From Candidatus Pacebacteria bacterium RIFOXYA1_FULL_38_18 (GTDB lineage Bacteria; Patescibacteriota; Microgenomatia; UBA1400; PJMF01), in contig MFWV01000011.1 in NCBI GenBank assembly GCA_001787405.1, forward strand, positions 48,857 through 112,856: a stretch of 64,000 nucleotides of DNA, written 5' to 3'. The number at the start of each line of letters is the position of its first letter. The stretch's first letter is position 1. Both the position numbers and the translations under genes were made by a program. The notes below the pieces were generated by a model. That model saw only the letters and a list, made by a program, of their open reading frames with translations, was not told the origin of the DNA and ran no database searches. Shown piece by piece: positions 47,394 to 56,707 of the stretch.

Positions 47394-48317
47394 TTAAGAA
47401 TTAATGTCAACTTTGTATTGAAAAATATTTTTTTCATTTAATTGGTTATTAATCTTTTTTTTGTTCGAGAAAATCCCAATAAAATTTCCTTTGCATTTAT
47501 AAATTTGAGTATAACGGGCGATTTTAATATATTTTTCAAAAAATGAACGATGATCGATTGATGATTTTTTCAAACCAAAATTGACAATGACGTACTCACT
47601 AGATGCGAGAATTTTTTTAATAAAAATACTATTTTTTATCTTTGGAACAATAAGATGATCGACAAAGAGATCAACAATTATAAGACCATATTGCTTTTTA
47701 TTTTGCGAAGTATATGCAAAAGCATCAGCTTGAATTAATTTAATTTTAGAAATTTTTGATCCAAGAAAACTTTTTCGCAAGGGTAAAAAATATTTTTTAG
47801 CTACTTTAATCATAATGGGAGAAATTTCTACTACATCGCTGGAGATTTCAAGACTAGTCAATAATTCCAATGGAATTACTGCTCCGCCCCCACCTAGCAC
47901 TAATGCAGAGCGTTTTTGAGGTTGATTTTTTTTAATTAATTTACGAATGAAGTCTAAATACAACCAAGAATTATGATTTTTTAAATAAATAGAAGAATAA
48001 GATACATTAGATTTCGGCTGGCAAATTGTTCTCAATGATTTGGATGGATGTAAAGGAAAAAAACGATCTCTAACAATGAAATGTTCCTTATTTTTTTCGA
48101 TTATTTCTTTTTGAAAAACAGTTATACCTTTAGTTAACCCTAAAAAAACTAAAATAAGAATAATATTAATAAAAACCAAAGTAATAACGACGAAAATTTC
48201 TAAGGGAAGTTTAAATACTAAATTAAAAATTAACCAAATGATGAATGAAGATAAAAAAAATAAGATTTTTTTATAACCAATAGAGGTTTTGGTAATCCAA
48301 AAAGGTTTTATTTTCAT
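47394..48317 (-). CDS. Spermidine-synthase-like class I SAM-dependent methyltransferase with two N-terminal TMs
   Basis: ALVLGGGGAVIP, DVVEISP...VAKKYF, ADAF, LIIVDLF. Confidence 0.78.
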   Translation of the reverse strand: MKIKPFWITKTSIGYKKILFFLSSFIIWLIFNLVFKLPLEIFVVITLVFINIILILVFLGLTKGITVFQKEIIEKNKEHFIVRDRFFPLHPSKSLRTICQPKSNVSYSSIYLKNHNSWLYLDFIRKLIKKNQPQKRSALVLGGGGAVIPLELLTSLEISSDVVEISPIMIKVAKKYFLPLRKSFLGSKISKIKLIQADAFAYTSQNKKQYGLIIVDLFVDHLIVPKIKNSIFIKKILASSEYVIVNFGLKKSSIDHRSFFEKYIKIARYTQIYKCKGNFIGIFSNKKKINNQLNEKNIFQYKVDINS

Positions 48318-48362
48318 TGTAATGATCGTATAAAATTGACTAAAATCTGCTTTGACAAATTA

Positions 48363-49100
48363 TCAATGACGAACCAGAACATTTTTTTTATAAGCTTCTA
48401 TAGCCCTTATTCCATCATTTTGAATAAGTTTTCCTTTTTCCAGCCAAATGATTCTCGTGCAATGATCTTTTAGATAATCCAACCAATGACTGACGCTAAT
48501 AATTGTTTTACCTTGTTTGTAAAATTGATTGATTTTTTGCAAAGATTTTTTTCTAAACTCTTCATCTCCCACAGCTATTGCCTCGTCCAAAAGTAAAATA
48601 TCTGGATCAGAGTGAACAGCAATAGAAAATCCTAGTCTCAAGGACATTCCAGAAGAATAGGTGTAAAGGGGAGAGTCAATAAATTTTTTTAGGCCGCTAA
48701 ACTGAATAATTTTTTTATATTTTTTTTCTATTTCTGGTCTCGTCATGCCAACAATAAGTCCATTGAGAAAAATGTTTTCTTCTCCAGTGAGTTCAGGATG
48801 AAAACCCGCTTCAAGTTCTATTAATGAAACAATTCTTCCTTTAGTGATAATTTTTCCAGTTGTGGGAGCGGTTATGCCAGCGATCATTTTGAGAACAGTT
48901 GTTTTTCCAGATCCATTGGGCCCAATGATTCCCACTTTTTCTCCACTATATATTTCGAAAGAAACATCTTTTAGAGCCTCAAATTTTTCTCTAGATTCCA
49001 GTCCCAAAAATGATCCTACCAGAGTTGGTTTTTGGTGTTTAAGAACGTATTTTTTACAGACTTTTTCAAAATAGATAACTGTTTGTTTTTTGCGTTTCAT
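48363..49100 (-). CDS. wzt: Polysaccharide ABC exporter ATPase (Wzt/TagH), no C-terminal carbohydrate-binding domain
   Basis: GPNGSGKT, GFHPELTGEEN, YSSGMSLRLGF, LLLDE, VSH. Confidence 0.93.
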   Translation of the reverse strand: MKRKKQTVIYFEKVCKKYVLKHQKPTLVGSFLGLESREKFEALKDVSFEIYSGEKVGIIGPNGSGKTTVLKMIAGITAPTTGKIITKGRIVSLIELEAGFHPELTGEENIFLNGLIVGMTRPEIEKKYKKIIQFSGLKKFIDSPLYTYSSGMSLRLGFSIAVHSDPDILLLDEAIAVGDEEFRKKSLQKINQFYKQGKTIISVSHWLDYLKDHCTRIIWLEKGKLIQNDGIRAIEAYKKNVLVRH

Positions 49101-49102
49101 TT

Positions 49103-49858
49103 TTACATCCAATCATCAAAATATTTTTGTTCTTTTTTAAATACCAGAATTCCCAGAATGGTAATTATGATCGTAGAGAAAATTGGCAACCAAAGAGCGT
49201 CTGGAGAAAGAAGATAATCTTGAATACCAAAAGAAACTCTAAACAGCTGAATGATAGCAGTGAGTGGATTTAAAAATAAGATTAGTTTAATTTTCTCTGG
49301 AATTAACTGAATTGAGTAAATGATTGGAGTGGCATAAAACCAAATAGGAATTATGGCTCTGACAAGAAAACTCATGTCTCTAAACTTCACATTAAGACTA
49401 GCAAAGAATAAAGAAATGCCGATTGTAAAAATAAAAATCCAAAAAATTGCCAGAATGAGTGTGAAAAAATTGATCATGGTTAAAGAAAATGGAAAAACCA
49501 AAATAAAGCCCACTATAAGATGAAAGAGATTTGATAGAACCAAAGAAAGAATCAGTGATTCTCTAGGAAAAACTGCTTTTTTGATCAAATGTCTTTCATC
49601 GACAAACAAAGAAACAGCTTTGGAAAAACTGATTGAGAAAAAATTCCAGGGCAAAAGTCCTAGAAAAAGATATAAAAAGTAATTTTCAGTTCTAATTCCT
49701 GGGAAAAATTGCAATACAAACCCAATAACCAACATTTGCAATAAAGGGTTGATTATCAGCCACAAAAACCCCAGTACCACATGTTTATATCTACCCTTGA
49801 GCTCTCTGGTAGTTAGCGCAAGCGTAAAATCCAGCCATCTTTTCCATTTTTTTATCAC
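49103..49858 (-). CDS. wzm: Polysaccharide ABC exporter permease (Wzm/TagG)
   Basis: RELKGRYK..LGFLW..INPL, GLLPWNFF, FRD, WFYATPIIY, LNPLT. Confidence 0.92.
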   Translation of the reverse strand: MIKKWKRWLDFTLALTTRELKGRYKHVVLGFLWLIINPLLQMLVIGFVLQFFPGIRTENYFLYLFLGLLPWNFFSISFSKAVSLFVDERHLIKKAVFPRESLILSLVLSNLFHLIVGFILVFPFSLTMINFFTLILAIFWIFIFTIGISLFFASLNVKFRDMSFLVRAIIPIWFYATPIIYSIQLIPEKIKLILFLNPLTAIIQLFRVSFGIQDYLLSPDALWLPIFSTIIITILGILVFKKEQKYFDDWM

Positions 49859-49871
49859 CCAATTTCCTTTT

Positions 49872-51002
49872 TTAAAAATTTTTTACAGCATCAGAGATAG
49901 CAATTATCTTATTCTTCCAACTGTTTGCAAGGGAAAGTTTTTTTTGTTTAGTTTTTTTGTTTTTAGCATGTTTCTCATTCAACAGAGAGCTTATATGTTC
50001 TTGCCATTCTTGGGAAGAGTGGCCTATTTTAATCAAATCTATAAATTTCTTCAGTTCAATTATGGGTGTAGCAATTACTGGTTTACCTAAATAAAAATAC
50101 TCAAAAATCTTCATGGGATAGGAGTATTGATTGGATTTTAAGGCAATATTGTAGGGAATCATACAGACATCAAATTGCTTGATGATATTTGGTAACTCGC
50201 GACGATTAGTGCTTTGGCCAAAGAACACGTTTGGTAGTGTTTTAAGCTTTCGGTTAGTCTCGAAATCGTCGGTAGCTTCAAGATCTTGCCTTGGTCCCCA
50301 AAAAACAAATAACCATTGGGGATTCTGTTTGATCAATCGATGTAGGAGTGCAAAATCTAGGCGGTAGTCAACCGAACCAACATAGCCAATGATAGGTTTG
50401 TTTTTGGGAAATTTTACTTTTGTTTTTAGAGGTCGTTGAAAATCATTGAGTCTGAACCCCTGGGGAACAATGGCGGTGGGTTGTCTAGTTTTTGAGTGAA
50501 GTTTGGCCAATACTTGAGAGTTAACGAAGAAGAAATCAGAGTTTTTGATCAATTTTTTTTCTTGAATTCGCAGTAATTTTCTCAATTTTATCTCGCAATG
50601 CCAGACATAATCCACGCAGTCATATAGAGAGATCAGTTTGGGATAGAAAATCTTTATTTTGGGGTAAAACCAAAAGAGGGAATCGAAAATCCATAAGACA
50701 GTGTGCTGTTTTCCACGACCATAGCGAATTAACAAATACCAAAGATTTAGCAATTGATTGAGTTTTTCTATCCATGCAAATCGGCGAAAAGGAATGAGAT
50801 AACGAGGTTGGTAGGCTAACAGATTGGCTTTTGATGGAAAGGTATTTAGTGGTCGTGGTTTAAGAAAAAACCTGGCATCAGCATTGATGTAAGCCACTAC
50901 TAGGTTGTTTTTAGCCAGCTCCAAGCAAGTTTGCATTTGATAATCAGCAGACCAATTCCAAGGTAATTGAAAGGGAATGATGATTAAACTTTTTTTAAAC
51001 AT
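49872..51002 (-). CDS. GT-B glycosyltransferase (TuaH-like)
   Basis: YDCVD, IGYVGSVDYRLD, FDVCMIPY, PMKIFEYFYLGKPVIAT. Confidence 0.88.
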   Translation of the reverse strand: MFKKSLIIIPFQLPWNWSADYQMQTCLELAKNNLVVAYINADARFFLKPRPLNTFPSKANLLAYQPRYLIPFRRFAWIEKLNQLLNLWYLLIRYGRGKQHTVLWIFDSLFWFYPKIKIFYPKLISLYDCVDYVWHCEIKLRKLLRIQEKKLIKNSDFFFVNSQVLAKLHSKTRQPTAIVPQGFRLNDFQRPLKTKVKFPKNKPIIGYVGSVDYRLDFALLHRLIKQNPQWLFVFWGPRQDLEATDDFETNRKLKTLPNVFFGQSTNRRELPNIIKQFDVCMIPYNIALKSNQYSYPMKIFEYFYLGKPVIATPIIELKKFIDLIKIGHSSQEWQEHISSLLNEKHAKNKKTKQKKLSLANSWKNKIIAISDAVKNF

Positions 51003-52512
51003 GATTTGTTGTCTTTTGGTCAAATAAAGCAAGGCCTACATATAGAAAAAAATATGAAGAGAGTTCTGGATGATTGAGAAAGATGGGATAAAACATGGCA
51101 CACAGTAAATAAATGCCGGCAGCCAAGTTATATTCTTTGATAATGCCAGTTTTTAATCCCAAAAAAAATGGTTTGACGGTCAAAAAGCCAAATAATAAAA
51201 AGAGCGTTAGACCAACAATTCCGGTTTCGGCTAATAATTGAAAAAATAAATTATGCGGATAAGTAGGATCAAAGGCAAGTTGCTCTCCTTTAAATTCAGT
51301 TGCTAAATAATAAGGAGAAAGATTGATTCCCACTCCGAACAACGGATTATCCAACGAAAGGCGAGTGGCGTAGTACATCATGCGCAAGCGATAGGTAGCA
51401 CTACCATATTGAGTAAATACGTCTGATAAGGTTTCTATTCGGCGAGCTAAATAAGGGGCTAGGGCAATAGTAATGATTATTAAAATCGCAGCGAAAACAC
51501 CCATTACTTTTGACGGAATCCTTATTTTATTTTTTTTATTCGATTGCTGCCAGCGCTTCCAACTCCAAAAAGCTCCCACCAACCAGATGCCATACAAAAT
51601 TCGACTACCAGTAAAAACCAAGGCTAGACTACCCAAACCAATTGATAAAAGAGTAATTATTTTTGAAGCATTAATAATTCTTTTTTTACTCAAAAGAGCG
51701 GGAAGCAAAATAGCCATTTGCATCAATAAAAAAGTACCTAGAATGCTGGGTTCAAAAAAAGTACCGGCAAGTCTTAATAAACCTCTGTTTTCCGAAGATA
51801 AAATACCAAGTTGGGCTCCGGGTAAGTAAACCTCAATGTCTTTTCCCAGCGGTCCACCAGCCAAGCGTTGAACAAGCACCCAGCCAGCTTCAAACAATAA
51901 CACGGCCACAACAACGCTAAAAATAATTTTTCTCAATTGAGTTTTCTGTTTGGCAAATAATAGAAAAGGTAAAGCTATCAGCATCATCATTCTGACTAGT
52001 TGCAAGGAGGACAATAGACCAATCTCAGGAACAATGCTGAAAGTGCCACTCAAAATAGTCCAAACAATGAACAAAAAAAACAACCAAAGCGATTTGTTTT
52101 TTTGAAATGATAACTGAATTTGCTTGGCAGTCTGTTTGCCACGCAAGTACAAATAACCCAATAAACCCAAGAAAATATCTGCAATATAGATTGGAAAAAA
52201 ATAACTAATATCAAACCACGCCCAACGTTCTATATCTTCTTTGGGAAGCAACATTATTTGATAGGCTCGGCCTTTTGGAAATAAAAGAGTGGCAATCAAT
52301 CCAGCAAAAAGTGATAATTTCAAATTTTTGGTGATGCGATAAATTATTAACCAATAAAGGAAAGTAAATAAAATGAGAGTGCGATTGCTTGTGCTAAAAT
52401 ACAGGCTAACATAATAAAGGAGTGTAACAAAAAAAAGCCTGAGCGAAGGAGCTGAAACCATTACAATGGTTCGCCCAATAAAGCTTTTTGATATGGTACG
52501 CAATAGTTTCAT
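50995..52512 (-). CDS. O-antigen ligase/polymerase (Wzy_C)-family membrane protein
   Basis: Multi-TM; RLAGTFFEPSILG, TGSR, NPLFGVG, PHNLFFQLLAETGIVG; start placed at MKLLR. Confidence 0.85.
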   Translation of the reverse strand: MKLLRTISKSFIGRTIVMVSAPSLRLFFVTLLYYVSLYFSTSNRTLILFTFLYWLIIYRITKNLKLSLFAGLIATLLFPKGRAYQIMLLPKEDIERWAWFDISYFFPIYIADIFLGLLGYLYLRGKQTAKQIQLSFQKNKSLWLFFLFIVWTILSGTFSIVPEIGLLSSLQLVRMMMLIALPFLLFAKQKTQLRKIIFSVVVAVLLFEAGWVLVQRLAGGPLGKDIEVYLPGAQLGILSSENRGLLRLAGTFFEPSILGTFLLMQMAILLPALLSKKRIINASKIITLLSIGLGSLALVFTGSRILYGIWLVGAFWSWKRWQQSNKKNKIRIPSKVMGVFAAILIIITIALAPYLARRIETLSDVFTQYGSATYRLRMMYYATRLSLDNPLFGVGINLSPYYLATEFKGEQLAFDPTYPHNLFFQLLAETGIVGLTLFLLFGFLTVKPFFLGLKTGIIKEYNLAAGIYLLCAMFYPIFLNHPELSSYFFLYVGLALFDQKTTNHV

Positions 52513-53329
52513 GAAGTTCATTATACCTAAACGTTTTTTGGGAAAATTTAATATCTTTGACCTGGTTATAGCGGTTGCCATTTTATTAATTTTTGGTTCG
52601 TTTTTATGGCTGAGAGTTTCCAGAAAAACTGAATGGATTTCATTGCGAATGGTTGTCTCAAATGATGAATGGTGGTACGAGGGGGCAGCTCCTCAATGGT
52701 GGTACACGGATGGATTGACTGCTGGCCAAACAGCCAAGAATACTTTTGGAGAAGTAATGGCAGAAATTACCAATGTACAAAGTTTTGATATTGGCAGTTA
52801 TCGCAGGAGAGTTTTTATTGATCTAAAAGTTAAGGGATATTTTGATACCAAACGAGGAATTTATATTTACAATTATCAGCCATTACAAATCGGCAAACCA
52901 CTTGACCTAACATTTGGTAAAAATAATTTACGAGGAGTTGTCACTTATATCGAAAATGCCCCAGAAGATTTTATAGAAAAGACTATTGAAGTATATATTC
53001 CGGCAGTACATTTATGGGTGGCACAGTCATATGAAAAAGGCATGCAAGTCAAGGATTTGCAAGGTAGAATTTTGGCTGAAATTGCTTCTGTAACAATTAC
53101 TCCCACCACTGCTCTAGAAATAACTGAGATTTTTCCTGGTGTTGCAGAAAAGAAGTTTGGCCCCGAGCAATTTTATGATTTAAAACTAGTGGTTAAGATT
53201 AAAACTTTTGAAAGTGGAGGAGTTAATTATTTTGTTGATCGATCAGCCATCAAAATAGGTGAATACATCTGTTTTCAATTTCCACAAACAACTGTTCGTC
53301 AGGCAGAAATTATTGGGATTATAGAGTAA
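52511..53329 (+). CDS. DUF4330-like membrane-anchored protein with two repeated beta domains
   Basis: RFLGKFNIFDLVI N-terminus plus TM; internal repeat ending in LQIGKPL / IKIGEYI. Confidence 0.6.
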   Translation: MKFIIPKRFLGKFNIFDLVIAVAILLIFGSFLWLRVSRKTEWISLRMVVSNDEWWYEGAAPQWWYTDGLTAGQTAKNTFGEVMAEITNVQSFDIGSYRRRVFIDLKVKGYFDTKRGIYIYNYQPLQIGKPLDLTFGKNNLRGVVTYIENAPEDFIEKTIEVYIPAVHLWVAQSYEKGMQVKDLQGRILAEIASVTITPTTALEITEIFPGVAEKKFGPEQFYDLKLVVKIKTFESGGVNYFVDRSAIKIGEYICFQFPQTTVRQAEIIGIIE

Positions 53330-53350
53330 AATAATTTTTTTTAAAATTTC

Positions 53351-54019
53351 ATGTTTAAAAAATTGCGTGTTTTAGCATATTACTCCTTTTTGCCTTGGTC
53401 AAAGCGTATTTTTATCTCTTTCCGCTTACTCAGTTGTCCTTTTTTAGAATTGATAGATTACATACCTCAAAAAGGATCCTTACTTGATGTTGGCACTGGT
53501 TTTGGTTTATTGCCATTATTATTAACAAAGACAAAACATAAACAACAAATTATGGGTATTGATCCAGACATCAATCGTATTAAATGTGCTAAAAAAGCTA
53601 GTCAGGCTTTTCCCAATCTTCAATTCAAGTCAGGCATTATTCACCAGCTGAAAATCAATAAAAAGTTCTCAAGCATTACTATTATTGATGTTTTATATTT
53701 ATTACCGAAATTACAAAAACAAAAAATGATTCAATCAACTCGAAATTTGTTAAAATCCAACGGGCAACTTTTGCTAAAAATTAATGACCGATCTTTTAGT
53801 TTGAGTTTTTTTCTAACTTGGTTGCAGGAAAAAATTACTATTCATCTGCTTGGAGAAACAACTACTAGTTTTCCTGATGTATATTTTGAAAATGTAGTGG
53901 AAGTTAAAAAAATGCTCAGAAATAATGGTTTTAAAGTCAAAAAAACAGTTAGATTGCGCACTCCCTTTCCATTTTTTCATCAACATTGGTTGGTGATTGG
54001 TGAAAAGAAACATCAATGA
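53351..54019 (+). CDS. Class I SAM-dependent methyltransferase
   Basis: LLDVGTGFG, GIDPD, IDVLY, LKSNGQLL. Confidence 0.88.
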   Translation: MFKKLRVLAYYSFLPWSKRIFISFRLLSCPFLELIDYIPQKGSLLDVGTGFGLLPLLLTKTKHKQQIMGIDPDINRIKCAKKASQAFPNLQFKSGIIHQLKINKKFSSITIIDVLYLLPKLQKQKMIQSTRNLLKSNGQLLLKINDRSFSLSFFLTWLQEKITIHLLGETTTSFPDVYFENVVEVKKMLRNNGFKVKKTVRLRTPFPFFHQHWLVIGEKKHQ

Positions 54020-54024
54020 CTAAT

Positions 54025-55605
54025 CTAATTAAGTTTTGATTCGGCATGCATAACCATGATCGGCTTAATTGGAGAATCGATAACTTCTTTCAAGATAAAT
54101 TTTTCTTGATAATATTTTTCATTAATATATTTTTCAAAACTATTTAAACAATCAATTTTAGTAAAACTATCCTGCACATCATGACAAATGATATATAGAA
54201 CTTTTGGTGAAGTATTTGATTTACGCTTGGCTTTACTAGTTTCCATATCGATGTCTACTAAATATTGATGGGTTATTTTTTCTAAAACATACCAATAAAA
54301 AGAAGTCTCCCAACCATAAGGGTCATAATTACTAATTGCCAGAAGATCTATGTCGGTTAATTGCAATTTTTTTTGTTTCGTATTTTCCAAAATAGCTGTA
54401 ATAGTAATATTGGTTTTTTCTATGTGGTTAAAACTACTGTTATTTTGGACTAGTTTTAAATCATAAAAAATTAAAAAGAATATCAAAAAAACTATGATTG
54501 GTATAAATAGTTTTTTGTTTAATCTACTCAATAAAGCTCCTAACCAAAGAAGTAAAAAAGGAATAGCGATAAATAAGTAAGCTCTTTCATCCATAAGATG
54601 AGGATTTTTAAAAACGATAGCCAAAAAAAGTATGGGACTAAACCATAATAAAAATATACCCACGATTTTTTTCTGTATTAGTTTCTGATTTATCATTGAA
54701 TAAATTTCTGAAATTATTCCGCCCAATATGATGAAAAACAAAATTGTTTGACTAAAAAAAGTGGGGAAAATATATTTGAGCATTTTTTTAAAACTAACAA
54801 CAAGTCTTGTTCCAAAAGAATCTTCCGTGATAGTGAAATCTGGATTTTGCAGATAATTATTTAAGGTTTGAAAATTAATCCAATCATATTTCAATTCAAT
54901 TTGAAGTAGGGGTAAATAAATTAAGATAGCACCCATTAGAGTTAGTGCCATTGTTTGTTTTTTCTTTTTAATTTTTTTGAAACCAAAACAGTACAAACCG
55001 ATTTTGATTGGTAGCAAAAGATACATGGGTGGATAAAATTGAGTGGCTAGCAAGCTAACTAGGGAAGAGGCAATGAAAAATTTGTCTTTTCTTTTTTTTA
55101 TAAATTTAGCTGCCAAAAACAGAGCAATACTTTCAAAAAAGACCGCTATTACTGGTTGAGATGTCCATATCGAAGCATGAATCATACTATGAGAGAACAG
55201 TGCTAAAACGAGAGCTGTCATACCAGCCTGTTTTCCCCAAAGAGATTTGGCTGCTTGATAGAGTAAGTAAGCTTGAATTAGATTGAGAAAAACAAAAATT
55301 AGGACATATCCCTCAGCAGTTTTAAAGCCAAGCAAATAAACTAAGCTAATAAAATAATAACCCAGAGGAGAATTGTGCATTAAATATTGATTTTTTGTGT
55401 CCAAAGCACTAATTTCTCCTACTGTTGGTAGAACCTTGTATTTGATGAAGTGCTCTGCAGTCAGTAGTTGTACTCCCTCATCTCCTGCAAGAGTATTTAG
55501 GTGATTCCAATTAAATACTCTCATCACTCCAGCGATCAAAAAAAGAATGATAATTGGTAATTTATTTTTAACAAACTGAGTAGTTTTTTTTTGACTATTT
55601 TTCAT
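54025..55605 (-). CDS. GT-C (ArnT/PMT-like) membrane glycosyltransferase
   Basis: First TM ending in R, GDEG in first loop, SPLGYY, many TMs, ERAY. Confidence 0.75.
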   Translation of the reverse strand: MKNSQKKTTQFVKNKLPIIILFLIAGVMRVFNWNHLNTLAGDEGVQLLTAEHFIKYKVLPTVGEISALDTKNQYLMHNSPLGYYFISLVYLLGFKTAEGYVLIFVFLNLIQAYLLYQAAKSLWGKQAGMTALVLALFSHSMIHASIWTSQPVIAVFFESIALFLAAKFIKKRKDKFFIASSLVSLLATQFYPPMYLLLPIKIGLYCFGFKKIKKKKQTMALTLMGAILIYLPLLQIELKYDWINFQTLNNYLQNPDFTITEDSFGTRLVVSFKKMLKYIFPTFFSQTILFFIILGGIISEIYSMINQKLIQKKIVGIFLLWFSPILFLAIVFKNPHLMDERAYLFIAIPFLLLWLGALLSRLNKKLFIPIIVFLIFFLIFYDLKLVQNNSSFNHIEKTNITITAILENTKQKKLQLTDIDLLAISNYDPYGWETSFYWYVLEKITHQYLVDIDMETSKAKRKSNTSPKVLYIICHDVQDSFTKIDCLNSFEKYINEKYYQEKFILKEVIDSPIKPIMVMHAESKLN

Positions 55606-56707
55606 TGACCAGTAAATCTATTACCAATAAACAATCTTCAGAATTGCCAGCATAACAATCATAACGATATTGATATTGAATTATGCCGATCAAAATAATG
55701 ATAGCCCAAAAAAGAATTGGTTTTTTGATTAATTTTTGTAGCAAGACTAGAAACAATAGGTAAAAAACAGGCAAAACTGGGAAAATATATCTGGGTAAAA
55801 AATAACCAAGTTTAGTTATCATGAGTAGGCTGGGCAGAGAAGTAATACCCAAAATTAAACCAGGGATAGATATCTTTTTGATTTGTTGGATAAGTTTTTT
55901 ACTAGTAAGCAACATAACAAAAATAGATTCAGAAATAATATATCTTCCCTGACGAACAGTGATATAAACAATGGCGTCCCACAAACTTTGCCAGGGTTGT
56001 TCATCAAAATATCTCTCAGGTGAATAGATCCACCAACCAGTTATTTGCAAATGAATGACCAACCAGAGGACTGTAGTTAATAAAAAGGGGAAGACATAGC
56101 GAATGATCCAGTTTAATTTATTGGTTATTTCTTTTTCCAAAAAAAGATAGGCAATTGCTGATGCACTCAAGAAAAGACTGTTATCAATTCTGGTTAAAAT
56201 AGCAATCAAGCCAATGATGGTAAAACGTAAATATTTTTTTTCTAGTAAGAAAATTACAGCTAGAAAGCGCAAAGCTGTGCCAATGATTTCAAAATAAACC
56301 AAATGTGTTTGTGCTAAAAAAAGAGGGTTAGTTAAAAATAGTAAAACCAAAGCCATGCCTACTTTTTTATTAACCAATTTGTTACCCAATAAGTACATAA
56401 CAATAAGGAAAAAAATTGAGAGCAATAACCCTAGTATATGAATGAGTAGCAAATGATTGCCTGGCATTTGCAAAATTAAAGCAATAGCCAGAGGTAATAA
56501 AAAGGTGTGAGGATAATCACTAAATCCCAGATAAGAAAATAAGTTGCTTGTTTCAGCAATTGATCCAGCTGCAGCTATCAAAAACCATTCGGTATCCCAG
56601 TAGAAAGGGAGCAAAAATCCTTGTTTTAGGATCCAAAAAAGAAGAAAAACAACAAAAATAAAAAATAAAACTAAATATTGATTTTTTTTGATTAAAATTT
56701 TAATCAT
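55595..56707 (-). CDS. GT-C (ArnT/PMT-like) membrane glycosyltransferase
   Basis: YWDTE loop, HTFLLP, NPLF, LPRYIFP; many TMs. Confidence 0.7.
   Translation of the reverse strand: MIKILIKKNQYLVLFFIFVVFLLFWILKQGFLLPFYWDTEWFLIAAAGSIAETSNLFSYLGFSDYPHTFLLPLAIALILQMPGNHLLLIHILGLLLSIFFLIVMYLLGNKLVNKKVGMALVLLFLTNPLFLAQTHLVYFEIIGTALRFLAVIFLLEKKYLRFTIIGLIAILTRIDNSLFLSASAIAYLFLEKEITNKLNWIIRYVFPFLLTTVLWLVIHLQITGWWIYSPERYFDEQPWQSLWDAIVYITVRQGRYIISESIFVMLLTSKKLIQQIKKISIPGLILGITSLPSLLMITKLGYFLPRYIFPVLPVFYLLFLVLLQKLIKKPILFWAIIILIGIIQYQYRYDCYAGNSEDCLLVIDLLVNEK

Noticed and set aside
41645-48317. Calling the cassette a lasso peptide or PQQ biosynthesis cluster
   Set aside because: No asparagine-synthetase-like cyclase, B2 protease, PqqB/C/E or radical SAM in the window; peptide lacks a ring-forming core and the PqqA ExxxY motif
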